This document shows positions 1 to 12,698 of a stretch of DNA of 64,000 nucleotides, in pieces. The translations under genes and the position numbers were made by a program. Positions within the stretch are counted from its first letter, which is position 1. Every line of letters begins with the position of its first letter. The notes under the pieces were generated by a model. The model did not search any database and was not told where the DNA came from. It saw nothing but the letters and a program-made list of their open reading frames with translations. Where the stretch lies: NCBI GenBank assembly GCA_001949185.1, contig BDGG01000008.1, positions 124,001 through 188,000 on the forward strand. The letters run 5' to 3'. The stretch comes from Ramazzottius varieornatus (taxonomy: Eukaryota > Animalia > Tardigrada).

Positions 1-2342
1 AACGTTGCGCCACGCTGTGCAAATGATCGCCGCCGTTTGGATTTCTTCCTTGATTATTTCCGTTCCTCCCCTGCTCGGCTGGCGGAATCCTCCTAACGCC
101 ACGGAAATTATAACGTTTGACAACGGGACCGTCCGTCATTCGACGTTCGTTAAAACTTGCTCCGTGGGGGAAGACACCAGCGTCTATGTGATATTTTCTT
201 CACTGGGGTACAGTACAACCATTCCCATCACCACTACAGTATGAACATATTAACGTCCCATGACGTCACGGCGGATCATTAGCAATTTCAATCATCATTA
301 TTATTTTTCCAAAAACACTCCATGTACCATTTCGCACGAAATTACGAAAAGTTATTCGCTTAAGAATATTTTTAATACTTTTGGAAACCACCAAAATGGA
401 CAACGACAGTTGGGAAAACACTTATATGGATGAGTGCAAGTTCGGCGGTTTGCACGAAGTTGTCGAAGTCGTTGCTTGACGTGATTCTTTGTGGCAGCTG
501 ACAGATACAGTCCACAGCCAAGAGCCATTCCTGAAGCTATGCCAGATCGTTAACGGAAATTAGCATTATCGACAAACGATCAGGGATAGCTAGACAAATA
601 TCGTTGGCACTTTGCTCTGTTAACGGTACATACCTAATCCATAATTACAAGCCACATTAACACCGTTTGTCTTTCACCAGGTCATTCTGGATACCTATCG
701 CGGTTCTTGGATATGTTTACGCCCGAATATACGTTGTGGCGAAAACCCGTGCACGAGCTCAAAGCTCATCCGTTGGTCGATCCGCCAGCGATCGCCCACT
801 CCCTAGACCGTCCGTCATCTTCGTCGTCCCGACACTTGCCTCTAAAAACCAAGACAGCTGTGTTGAAGGACCAACCAGACAGTCGACCCTGGAAGTCGTC
901 GACATACAGGTATCAGACGAAATTGTCTATTTGCAGAAGATAACTAATCAACCAGATCACTTTTCCAAGTGGCGCCCACCCTGAGCCAGTAACAATGAAA
1001 ACGTGCGCCACTGGAGATGACGATCTGGTTTAGTTCATATTCATTTGCCCACGTCTCAGTTGACAAAACAACAGCGAAAATAAATTATTAGGATAATTTC
1101 TTTTGTAATCGATAAAAGTACTCACCAATATTGATTCTGTTCTGTGATAGCGCAATACGATTTCGACGACCCAGTCGACTAGCAGCGCTAAGAACGCAGA
1201 GAGAAGGCCGCTCCTGAACCGGCAGAACCTGCAGCCTCTCGACTCCGATATGCGGAGGATGGAAGAGTCTACATTCTACCCGGACTCAAGAAGTCCAACG
1301 TCGGGAGAAAGTCTTTCGAGTAGCGCTCATCTCCGAGGGAACTCGAAGAGGGATTCTAGCACACAAACCGACCCACCGCCTACGGACCGGGAAAGACCGA
1401 CGTACTTTGACGATGACGAGTTTGCCGATTCGAGCAGCATTATGCTCTTGTCCGAGTACGACTTTGACGAACGTTGGAAAGAGATATTTGCAAGGCACCC
1501 TTCGTTTTCCGAACCTGTCCTGTCAGTGCCCGTTGTGGCGCCTTTTCCTAATGGCGACATCGGAAGGACCAATGTGGTAATTATATCCACGGAATCGGTG
1601 CCGCTCTTTCGACGACTACTGCAGTATTTTTCTTCCTCGTGTTTTCGCCGTTTCGGTGGATCGACAGTCAGCAGTTACCGTCTGCAGATCAACAGAGAAC
1701 CCGTAATTAAACGCAAGAAGTCCAGGCTAAAACCTCCGCGGGAGAAAAGCGACCGACGAAAAACTTCAGTGGACCAGAGGAGCGAAGGAGAACGGCGGAA
1801 GAAGCGCATACAAAAACTGAAGGAACGCCGTGCAACTCTGGTCGTCACTTTGGTCATTGCTACCTTTGTCGCTTGCTGGATGCCTTTCTTCGTAAGTACA
1901 GCCATTCATATCTTTCTGAAAACCAGATTTATCCTTCAAGACTTGAGTGTTGTAGTGATGAACGACTTTTGCACGAACCTGCGTACAGGTGGCCCTGATC
2001 GTGATGGGGCCTGTCTGTATGCAGGTGCATGAGACCGGGCTCTTTTGTCGAGTTCACCATTTTATCAAACCACTCCTCTCTCTGAACGACTTCGCGATTT
2101 ACTCCTTTCATTTTTGACAGATCATCCTGCCTTTGCAAGCTATCTGTGGTACGCTCAACTGTCCGATACATCCGACAGTTTTTTCCGCAGTATTCTGGCT
2201 GGGCTACTTCAACAGTGCGCTCAATCCGCTGATCTATACCGCATTTCAGCGGGACTTTCGGAAAGCATTTTTGCGTGTTCTACTTGGAGCTACTTACGCC
2301 CGCAAAAACCAGACGCGTAAACAACGTCTGGGTGGGGTTTGA
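1..2342 (+). CDS. Biogenic amine class A GPCR, alpha2-adrenergic-like octopamine receptor type (5'-partial, TM4-TM7)
   Basis: Exons at about <1-207, 681-909, ~1151-1891 and 2121-2342 give TM4 [17 protein letters not shown]5 SSLG|[18 protein letters not shown], a long IL3, TM6 KERRATL..ACWMPFF and TM7 [22 protein letters not shown]; stop TGA 2340-2342. The subtype call rests on motif resemblance only. Confidence 0.85.
950..1030. repeat. Palindrome family A copy (GPCR intron)
   Basis: AACCAGATC..AAGTGGCGCCC-N25-GTGCGCCACTG..GATCTGGTT. Confidence 0.85.
1977..2026. repeat. Palindrome family B copy (GPCR intron)
   Basis: ACCTGCGTAC-N30-GTATGCAGGT. Confidence 0.75.
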
Positions 2343-2622
2343 TGGATTTTCCATTTCTGTGGCAATTGAGTTGCTTGGAAGAACGTACGAAATTCATTGT
2401 AAAATCTGGAGAGAGCAGCCTGGATTCTGCAGAACAAACTATGACGAATAAATAACATGATTAAAATCAACAAGGCTTTGGAGCACATTTAAGAACACAG
2501 ACGTGATCATCAAGTGATAATATTCACGTAACAGCAATATCGAAAAAGCAACTCTCGAATCACAACTCTCGTACACCGGAACGAATCATGCGGACCGAAA
2601 CAGTAACATACCGGCTTAGTAT

Positions 2623-5600
2623 TCACACGACCGTTTCGTCCTTCAAAGCAAGTCGAGCTTCCTCGTAGGCAATATCCTGGATCTGAAGAGCCTATTTAAG
2701 AAGTGTTATTAAGAGATTCTGTGACGGAACAATATTGGGGAGCTGGACAAACGAAATGGACCAGTTCGTTTTTGAAAGTGGCGCATACTTGTGGCCAGTA
2801 ACAACGAGAACGTGCGCCACCTGAGATGACGATCTGGTTCAACTAATTTCCCCAGCTCTCATCTAGGGAGATGAATGTCGCAAGCGCAGTTCGGATACCT
2901 TTTCGTTTTCACGGACGAGGTTCTCCGCCTGTTCTCCCTGCATTTTCTTCAAGTTGTCCAGTTCTCGGGACTGTTTATTGGCAAGACGCTTTCGCTCCTC
3001 GATGAATCGCTTGGTGTTATTGCTGCTAAGTTCCCTGATTCGCCGATCCTTCTCTGCCTTGTTTTTGATCTTTTTGTCATTCTGAATATCCCGACTAGCC
3101 TCCATGGACTGCTTTGCTTGGGCGGATTTCAAGTCGCGGTTTTCCCTATCGAAATACCCACTCATGAATCGTTCTCCCAGATTAAAGCTTCACTGTATCT
3201 TACCGGGCATGCTTCGATTCGACGTCTTTCGTCTGTTGAATCTGAGCGAGATCCAGTAGCTTCTTGAGAGATTCGCATTGTTGAGCACAGTGGTTCTTCA
3301 GAAGTTCGTGTTCTTCCTTGAGATTTTGAGCAATGAGAGCAGTCCACTCTTTCGTCTGTTCCTGCACAAGCTGTCTGACCTTGCTCAACTGTTGGTCATT
3401 CAAGCCGTGCAAACTTCCGTCATGATTATTGCCACTGCAAGAGCGCTCAGTGAGCGCAAAATCGGTACAAGAGGAACCTACCACACATACCTTTTCTTCT
3501 TGCTGCTACCTTTATCCGGTTGAACAACAACGCGATCACTAACCATACTGTGAATCCTGAAACAACGCGAAGAGAATGTTTGGCCAGTATTCAACTTGTC
3601 TCTCTTGAGTGCTGAAAAGTGAGCACGAACCTCTGCATGGACTGCCTTTCCTTTGTGTGCTTTTTCTTAAGCGCGTCGAGTTCCTCGTTCTGCTTTTTGA
3701 GCAACTTGACGAAGGCTTTGTCTTTCCGAAGCTCGTCGATGGCGATAGGTTCGTTTGCTGCGTCTTCTATAAACAGATGCATGTACAGTGTACGCGAAAA
3801 TTAACCGTCAAAAATGGGTGCAAAGTTTCAGTTCGGGCGTATTTGGAATGCAACCAATGACAAGTGCGGTTTGATGCATGCGCAAATAGTATTGGCTGCT
3901 TCCATCTGGCTCCATCCAACACCCATTTTTCACGGTTAATTTTCGCGTACACTGTATGGCTTGAGAGAGTTTCATTTGAATTCAATCAAATTGAATTAAC
4001 TTAAATTTAATAGGTTCATTTACGAACCTTTAGGGCGAGAATCAGTAAGTTTAACGTTCGGAAGCTGTGCGGTCTGATCTGCCTGCGTAACCACTGCAGC
4101 TCCAGCCTTCTTTGAGTCGCCGGGTTCCAACGCCAAACGATTCTTCGAAGGCTGGTCTGTCCTGTTTTTGTCTCCCTCAGCCATAGATTCCAACGTTGTT
4201 GATTTCGGCCTCCGCTCAGTCTTCTGCTGGGGCTCGAACAACGCACTGACAAAATCTAGGACCAACAGTAAAGACTGTAATACAGTACTAAATGAAGCTT
4301 ATCGTGTTTTGGGAGTTTTATTACCAGCGAAGCCATCTGGTACATATGTTCTCAGAACGATTTGGCAAAATAATGTCGGGAGGGAGAGTGGAAAGTTGGC
4401 TTCGGTCCGTAGCGATATGTGCCGATAACCCGCTTGGAGGCCGTCTAGTGGGAGGACTCGCTGCCCGAGGACCTTTCCGTACTCGTCGTACACGCAAAAC
4501 CTCAACATGGCGAGCTCAGGCAAGATGATCTGATGAGATTAAAAACGAAAGTTTAAGGTGGAAGGTGATTTAATCATATTTCTCACAGGAAGGCGATGTC
4601 TCATTACCTTACGGAATTCGAACTTTTCTTCGTTGTAAAGCGGGTTCAGCCCATTTCCCGGTACTGTCGTCGTCCGATACTCTTTACGGATTGTATCCGT
4701 TGGTAAGCCATACATATCCACCTCCACATAGGTTCCTACTTTTTTGTCGGATAAAAACTGGCCGGAAATCACCTAGCGAAGTGAAATGTGGAGGTAAAGT
4801 GTACTTCAAGATATTAGTCATCCTCACGACAGGCCGTAAAACGCCGTTGATTGTGTTGATCTTGAAAGTGGATTACAAAGTTTCGCTTTCAAGATAAGCA
4901 GCCTTCGAGTAGCTTATCTTGAAAGCGAAAACGGATTATTCTCTGTACATTTGACTCAAAATTTAAAATTTTCATTTCTCAGGTGATCTTTGTTGCGAGA
5001 TACCGTTTCACGTATGGGCTTCTTGATACCTATTAGGGTCAGGGATATCGACAGACAGAGATTAGCCAGAAAGAAAACCATGAATTTCAGCCTAGGCAGG
5101 AGGCAAAGTTTGCCTACAAACCTACCCCGCAAAACTTGCGCATTTCCGCTCCCGTTTCCGAGACTTTGGAAAAACGCAATTTTGCCTCACGACTAATTTC
5201 CGTTGATCAAGCAAACTCAAATTTTAAATCAACCGTCTGCGACATAAACAGCTCGTCGTGAGGAGGACTTTTGCTAAAGTAGTAGTACCTGAACTGAGCA
5301 ATATGCCGCTATCACACCATCCACCGAGCTCTCCGATGACGGATCGAAAGTTCTGTCGGGCCTTCTCATGAAATCAGGCTTCAAGAGATACCTGTAGCAA
5401 AAAAACGGTCCCAACCGTCAAATACTGGGAAAGGTCGGTCATTTTACAATATGACATGACATGACGATCTTACCCGCAGTTTCCATTGTACTCGAATTTT
5501 CCAGAGTTCAGTTGCATACCCAAGTCCGGCGTCTGGAAATTCAGTGCAACCATCTGGCATCCGGTGTTCCAGAAGATCTGAGGCAGGAAGTTGGACGAGT

Positions 5601-8600
5601 CAACCCGACCACCTTTCGGGTATATGCGGCTCAGTTGGCGCTTATTATAGCTGTACGAAAAGACCCGGTCCAATTACACAAACGGTAAAAATAACACTGG
5701 CTGAACAAGTTCAACTCACTTGACGAACTCAATAGCCCCAGTTTTCAGCAGTGTCAGACCAGCCGATTCGTTGAAGGACGACATACAGAACGAAAGATTT
5801 CTCTCTACAGGAAAAACCGACTGAAATTCGAAAGCCAAGAAAAGTCAAATCTTGATCGATTCATACCTGCAGCGACATCGAAGCCTTGAAACTTCACAGG
5901 TTGGGCGTAATTGACCTACAAAAGATCCACATTAACTTTCGGAATGTGAAGTCAAACTGCGGCCGTTTCATACCAGGCTACTTAGGTACGGGTGGATGTT
6001 TGTAGTGGCTCCGGTATATTGGTAGTTAGCCAGCATAGCAGCTTCCTCGTCCTGACTGAGAGTGCCTTTCTTGGTAGTTCCTTTACCGGTATTAGGTTTG
6101 TCAGGTTCTAGCAGTTCGTCGATGTCGATCGGCGCTCCGTGCGAATCTTTGACGAGCAAGGTTGCTGGAATTTCTCCGTTCTGAATAACCAGAGGGGATT
6201 TGGCAGGTCCGGGAATACTGATGGAAGTAAGGAGTGGTGAGGCTGGTCTTGTGGACTCTAACGTCAGAGGCAAGGCGGGTAAACTACTGACGGTCGGAAG
6301 ACCATTGGCCGACACATGGGGCGGAACCTGTAAGAACCAATTTCGTATTGAATACTGAAAACCATAAAAAAGACATCTGAAACTGCTAAGTGCTCGAAAA
6401 TATTCAGAAAGCATTCGAAATGATCTTCCGGTTGTGTTAGAAAGATTTTGTGAGAATGTGTGTACCAGTGGGGCTTCCGGGTGAGCTTCGTCTCCGCTAG
6501 GTCCAGGGGGCGTATTGAATTGGTCCGGAGGAACAACGACCCCAGGTATGGCAGGAATGGAGGTACGGCTGGTTATGGAAGAGGACGATCCTTTCTTATG
6601 CAAAGCCCGGACAGTGTCCGACGGGCTGGTCCTTTTTCCGGAACCTTTCGATCCGCGTGACGATATGCTACCTCGTTCTTGCGCGTTGATGCGATCGAAT
6701 GGCGCGTTCTCGTCCGCGAGGGCAGTAGGAGCCAGCTCTTCGCCGTCGATCAGCGTACTCGGGTCTTGCAGGAGTTCGGTGTCTTCCCGCAAGATGGCAG
6801 CTTCCTGTCCAGCTCTCATCAGCTCTAGCCCACCTGAAAAGTACCAAAAATTACCCTAAGAACACGTTTGACAACTTCCGTTTGAATTACAGTGGGACGG
6901 AACAGAGAACGTACGCTTCTCAACTTCGGGTTTTAGCCGTTTATTCTTGATCAAGATTTTGCGGAGAAGCAACCGGGGAGGGGGAAGTGGAGTGCCAGGA
7001 GTCAGCTACAAGAAATAAACCATGCATGGTTGCACTCTCCAATTTACATCTCTTTCGACATGAGCATACCGGGTGAGAATCCAAAGGAGCCTTCAGCAAC
7101 AAATCGCCGAATATCTCTTCACAGTATCGAGCCATTTTATTCTGCTGCGGCTTGCTACAAAATGCCAGATGATGAACTAGATTTTACGGAATATTTTCAT
7201 GAGCTTATTGTTATGCACTCTAACCTGCAATGGTTTTCGAAAGACAATATCACAGGGAGGTCAGATACGACAAAGGCGGTATCACGAATGGCAATAATGG
7301 CATCCTTGAAGAGAATATCTGTACACATGGCCTTGCCATGAGTGATGATGGGTTCCTCGTCATTCTTCCCATCCCAGCAATCCAGCTCGATGCATCTGGA
7401 AAGCGAAGCCATCAAACACACGTTGGATAACTGTACGGTTTCCCACTGGAAGCTCTTCGAGTAAGCGTAAGCACCTGCATCCGGCCAGCAACGTTTGCCG
7501 ATACATTTCCACCGAAGACTTGCCACCAAACTGGCGGCCGCTGAGATAAGTGTTATGTGACGAGTTGATGAAGTAATGGGCTAGTGGCTGATCGAGATCC
7601 TGGCTAACGTCTAACCGATCCAGAAAAACCGGAGCGTTCTCATCGGACATCAAATATCGACAAAAGCCGTCGAAACTTAATCGCTCTGTAAACGTAAAGG
7701 AAAAGACGGACGCTGTTATACACATGGAGCTTTCCAGGCAAGGGAGATGATCGCTTACCGCGCTTCCTCATCTCCGGATCAGGTTCGTGCTGGTTGATAA
7801 GCTGGATGATACGCTTGTCCGTGTAGAATGGAAAGAGGATTTCGTTCAGACGTGGATCGCGTTGTTCCTGTTGACATACCGTAGATTGTGTTGACCGATC
7901 AATACACCGGGCACTCTGCGAACTCGTCAAACAGCAAAAGACGTAGCATCACTCACCTCGTTCAGGAACTTCATCAGATGAGCAATATCCAGGTAATCCT
8001 TCCCCGAATTCCTGTACAAGAAGCACTCGATATTAGTTTTGCTATTTTTGGATGAAATCATTTCTTTTCTCTGTTTCGATAAATGTGCTCGATATTATTG
8101 ATATATGGCCTATCATCAGATGATTTCACCCAAGTCAATTTATCAAGTGGCGCATGCACCCAGCCTTCAACAATACGACCGTGCGCCGCTTGAGACAACG
8201 ATCTGGGTGAACTCATTTGCCGAATTTCTATCAACTTACAGTTTCTTGAAGAGCTCAAGGATATCGGTCCTCGGACAGATTTTGTGATACAGCATGTAGA
8301 ACTTGTCAAAGGTGAAGTCAGCAGGTTCAATCTCGTCATTCTACCGGAGGGGAGATTAGCTGTACTTTACCTTCACAGGCAGCCCCACAATTTCGAAGAG
8401 ATCATCTGACAATACTTACCTTTCCGCTGGGCAGCTTGAGGTCGTTAAGACACTGGAATATAATTTTCTCCGTCTTCCCGGATGCGAATGTGCGAGTGAT
8501 GCTGCGGACAGGAATTTTCCCCTTTTCGTTCGTACCGATAACCAAACGTTTCCAACTAAAAGCAAAATAGCTTTAATGGTTACACCGTCCACAGTTAGTA

Positions 8601-11600
8601 ATTACAGAAATAATCGCCTTACTGCTTCATCAGCATAGTCATGGGCGAGATATGGTTGGCTTTCAGATTGTGCGACAGTTTGGTCAGAGTTCGAGCCCAT
8701 AGCTTGCAGGTATCCGGGTCGGGAGCGACGATGTGTCGGTATTGAACGTTGACGAGGTCCGTACCGCTACACAGCGTCATGGATCGATCCTCCAGGAAAC
8801 CTTTTCCTCGATCCTGTAGTTCCGCCATGACACCGAAGTGCTACAGTAGAAGAAGCACACTGAAATAGCTATGGAAAGACAGATCGAGCCAGGAAATACA
8901 GTCTACCTTGGGCACAAGTCCCAGCCGGATGTCCGAAACGTAAGCCATCTCGAGTACCACCGTTTCCTGCAAGAGTAGCGCACATCACCACACCGACGAC
9001 ACTCCGGTCCTTCAAAACTTTTCAAAAGCCGATTTTTTTCTAACATTTTAAATATTTATTTCTTAATTAAGTTGTACACTGGGTTCTGAAACAAGCTCAC
9101 TGAGGAACTCTGAAAATGCAACCGCATTACAACATCAGGGCAATTCGCACTTGGCGACATAAGCGCGCTACTAATGGCACTAAACGCAAAATTGATTTTT
9201 GGAGAAGAAGAAGGGATAGACAAACTCCGCACTAATTAGTAGTCAGACTACAAAGCAACAACATAGGGGATTCAGCCATGGCGAAACCATTCACGGCTGC
9301 TGGAATATTTTTCCGGCTAGACTGAAACTTGCCTTGTTTTCCGGCTTGTAATACAGGAAGAAGCCATGTTCGTCCACTTTGAACATGCAATTAAATTCGA
9401 TTTCCGCCGACTCCTGTAATAAAACGGAAAGCACATCAGTACATCACCAGAGAGGAGCTGGCCAGCTAGGCAAACAAAACGTGCGAGCTCCTTATCTTTT
9501 TTAGTAGCGCCCCCCCCCCCCCCCNNNNNNNNNNNNNNNNNNNNNNNNNNNNNNNNNNNNNNNNNNNNNNNNNNNNNNNNNNNNNNNNNNNNNNNNNNNN
9601 NNNNNNNNNNNNNNNNNNNNNNNNNNNNNNNNNNNNNNNNNNNNNNNNNNNNNNNNNNNNNNNNNNNNNNNNNNNNNNNNNNNNNNNNNNNNNNNNNNNN
9701 NNNNNNNNNNNNNNNNNNNNNNNNNNNNNNNNNNNNNNNNNNNNNNNNNNNNNNNNNNNNNNNNNNNNNNNNNNNNNNNNNNNNNNNNNNNNNNNNNNNN
9801 NNNNNNNNNNNNNNNNNNNNNNNNNNNNNNNNNNNNNNNNNNNNNNNNNNNNNNNNNNNNNNNNNNNNNNNNNNNNNNNNNNNNNNNNNNNNNNNNNNNN
9901 NNNNNNNNNNNNNNNNNNNNNNNNNNNNNNNNNNNNNNNNNNNNNNNNNNNNNNNNNNNNNNNNNNNNNNNNNNNNNNNNNNNNNNNNNNNNNNNNNNNN
10001 NNNNNNNNNNNNNNNNNNNNNNNNNNNNNNNNNNNNNNNNNNNNNNNNNNNNNNNNNNNNNNNNNNNNNNNNNNNNNNNNNNNNNNNNNNNNNNNNNNNN
10101 NNNNNNNNNNNNNNNNNNNNNNNNNNNNNNNNNNNNNNNNNNNNNNNNNNNNNNNNNNNNNNNNNNNNNNNNNNNNNNNNNNNNNNNNNNNNNNNNNNNN
10201 NNNNNNNNNNNNNNNNNNNNNNNNNNNNNNNNNNNNNNNNNNNNNCTTTTTTTTTTTAGTAGGGCCCCCCCCCCCCCCACCAGTTAACAACGATAGAAAA
10301 TTCCGCCACTTGAGATAACAGCTTTGAACCCTTTGCATGCCCGCGCCCACAGTATTTGCAGTGACTGCATAGTACTGTATTGTACACTGCAATATAGTTT
10401 ACTTTTTCGAATAAAAGTGTTTGCTCAGTGTCTTTCGGAGGAATTATACATGTCGAACCACATAGAACCCTTCTTACATAACATTAAATGAAATACAACG
10501 CAAGATATGCCCGTCAAGATTATGATCCGTAACGGGCATGACGTTGATGGCGTCACGCTAAACAACATCACGTTCAGGCGGTTCAGCACAACGATTACAA
10601 AGTGTCACGCCATATCGCCATTGAAAATTACCGCGACAAATCCACTCTGCATTCACTCTGTAAAGAACCGAGTTTGGTCCTCGCCGATAACACCCCGGTC
10701 TCAGAAACAAGTGGAGCACATTTTTGTATGATGCGTACGAAGGACAGCGCTTGTGTGTCGCTCACGTCTTCCATCCAAAATTATTTTATTGTTTCTTCCC
10801 AAAACCTGATTGACTTCATGCATGTAAGACTTGTAAGCACTCAAAGGGCGTTATGTTGCTGTGATTGGGAAAAAAGAATACTGTATCTCTAAAGCGGTAA
10901 AGAGTGTATTGAAGGCACTTCCGGTGGTTTATCGATTCTCGACCGTTTGGATTAGCTTCCCCGCGCAGAGTATGGGGTTTTTTCTCAACTTTCTCGGCCA
11001 AGTTTCTAATAATTCCTGAAGCCCGGGCTAAACTGCCAACGAGAAAATTATTTGACGGTGAATTTAAAAGATTTCAGAGACAAGCAAAGGTGAAAAAAGA
11101 GGTCGCCAAAACCGCCCGAAAATCGATGGCAAAATTTTTCAGCTTATCTTCTACCCGCTCCCGTAATGAAAATTGCCGCTTTGAATAGCACACGAACCGG
11201 CAACCTTATCAGTATCTTGGGTTTCTCCCACATAGACCTACAAACTCATCTCACAAAAGAACTGGGCTGACAGGCATTAGCGGACCGACTGATTAAGCTG
11301 ATGAAGAACTTGACACCAAAAGGGCCAAGAATTTTCGGCACCTAAGACCGTCATCAGCTGAATTACGTAAGACTTAGTTTCAGCCATGTTTAGTTCAGCT
11401 CAAACATTAAAAACATCTACGATGAAAGTTCGAAATCGAAATGGTATATTATAATATAGAACGGTTCGTTTTTTCGCCACAAAAGGTCTTGATAGGGTTT
11501 TCATAGACTGGATCAAATTCAAAGCGCTTTTGTCGGCCTCATAGACCTCGTGGTTTATATTTGTCCCTGCACCGTACTTCAGAAGCTTTTCAAGGACCGA

Positions 11601-11827
11601 ACAGCTGCCGTTCAGCAATTTGACGAAGCAATCAAAACGGCATCACCATGTGTATGTCAAAGTTTCGTTTACTTTCACCACAGTTCGCTATGACTTATCA
11701 AGTAAATACAGACATGTGGCGCGGAGCGAGTACTTACCTCTTCCCATTTGTCAAAGAGGCAACCATCTTGCAAGGCTTGCGGTACGGTGAGTTGCCAGTT
11801 GAATTCGAAAGGCTTGGCTTGGGACAT
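2623..11827 (-). CDS. PLCB4: Phospholipase C beta (PLC-beta4/NorpA-like), multi-exon
   Basis: First exon 11827-11738 [30 protein letters not shown] resembles the PLCB4 N-terminus. Exon 9413-9333 has [12 protein letters not shown] box SSHNTYL, ELDCWDG, ITHG; Y box [24 protein letters not shown]; C2 domain [25 protein letters not shown]; coiled-coil C-terminal domain; ends ETVV* (PDZ-ligand-like) with stop at 2623-2625. Confidence 0.95.
2760..2839. repeat. Palindrome family A copy (last PLC intron)
   Basis: AAGTGGCGCAT-N25-GTGCGCCACCT..GATCTGGTT; very similar to the 950-1030 copy. Confidence 0.85.
3786..3954. mobile_element. Tc1/mariner-type MITE (169 bp)
   Basis: 35-bp terminal inverted repeats CAGTGTACGCGAAAATTAACCGT(C/G)AAAAATGGGTG with one mismatch, flanked by TA on both sides (3784-3785, 3955-3956); inside a PLC intron. 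Confidence 0.85.
4881..4930. repeat. Perfect 19-bp inverted repeat with 12-nt loop
   Basis: TTTCGCTTTCAAGATAAGC (4881-4899) and GCTTATCTTGAAAGCGAAA (4912-4930), in a PLC intron. Confidence 0.85.
9525..10246. other. Assembly gap (N run) in PLC intron 1
   Basis: Run of N flanked on both sides by near-identical T-run-AGTAG-poly(C) sequences. Confidence 0.99.
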
Positions 11828-12563
11828 TCTTCTTCCACGAAAGTTGCCAATAACTGGCAATGGCAACTGTCAAGAGTGCGTCGGTGAGAAATGGACCGCC
11901 GAGCAGTCAGTCACGTTACATTATGGAGCCATCCATTCATCCCTCACGGTACACTTGGCCAACACGTTAGACCATCTCAACGAGCTCGAATGAAAGGCTG
12001 CACATTATACCAGCGCGCAAGTTAGAGTTAAAGTGAAGTAAAAACGGGATCCACTAAATGAGGCACTGATGCAACTGGCATCCATAGGAGAGAAGACGAG
12101 GAAGACAAGTCTGCGACAGTGCCGAGCCGCACTTGAGTCGATCCCACAGGCTTGGCCGATGTTGCCTCGATCCCAAGACTCTCACTTATCGAGCTGACAA
12201 GCAGACAACATAGTGGCTGCTCCAGTCTTGCTCTCGCAGCGCTCGCAACTCTGCAAAGATACAAAATCGATAAATTATATTGCCATTTCTAGAAAAGCGT
12301 TATTGTCAAACAGCATGAATACGGCAACACATGTATAACTATGCCTGTACCAACAAACTGGCCTTCGAACGTCGAAAGTCAAAAACTTCAATTCCATGCT
12401 TACCAAAAGACTTTAGAATACTCAAACAATGAGATAAACAAAAGAGTAGGGAACACATTTCACAGGGGACCCAACTTCCGACGGTCAACAACAAAACTCC
12501 GACACTGAATATCATCAAAAGAGTCCTCCCACTGGCAGATCCAGTTTCAATTACAAGGCAAAA

Positions 12564-12698
12564 CTAGCGGAATTATCCGTATAAAATCGTGTGGGGGAGT
12601 TGTCCACAAGAGAAACATAGAGCATATGTGTAGCGTCTACTGTCTGTTCCTCTTGTGGACAACTCCGCCATGCGATTGTACCTGGACAACTCTGCTAG
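12564..12698. repeat. Imperfect ~135-bp palindrome (MITE-like foldback)
   Basis: Core GGAGTTGTCCACAAGAG ... CTCTTGTGGACAACTCC, extending imperfectly out to CTAGCGGA ... TCTGCTAG. Confidence 0.7.

Noticed and set aside
9466-10392. Long ORFs of X residues
   Set aside because: Artefacts of translating the N gap.
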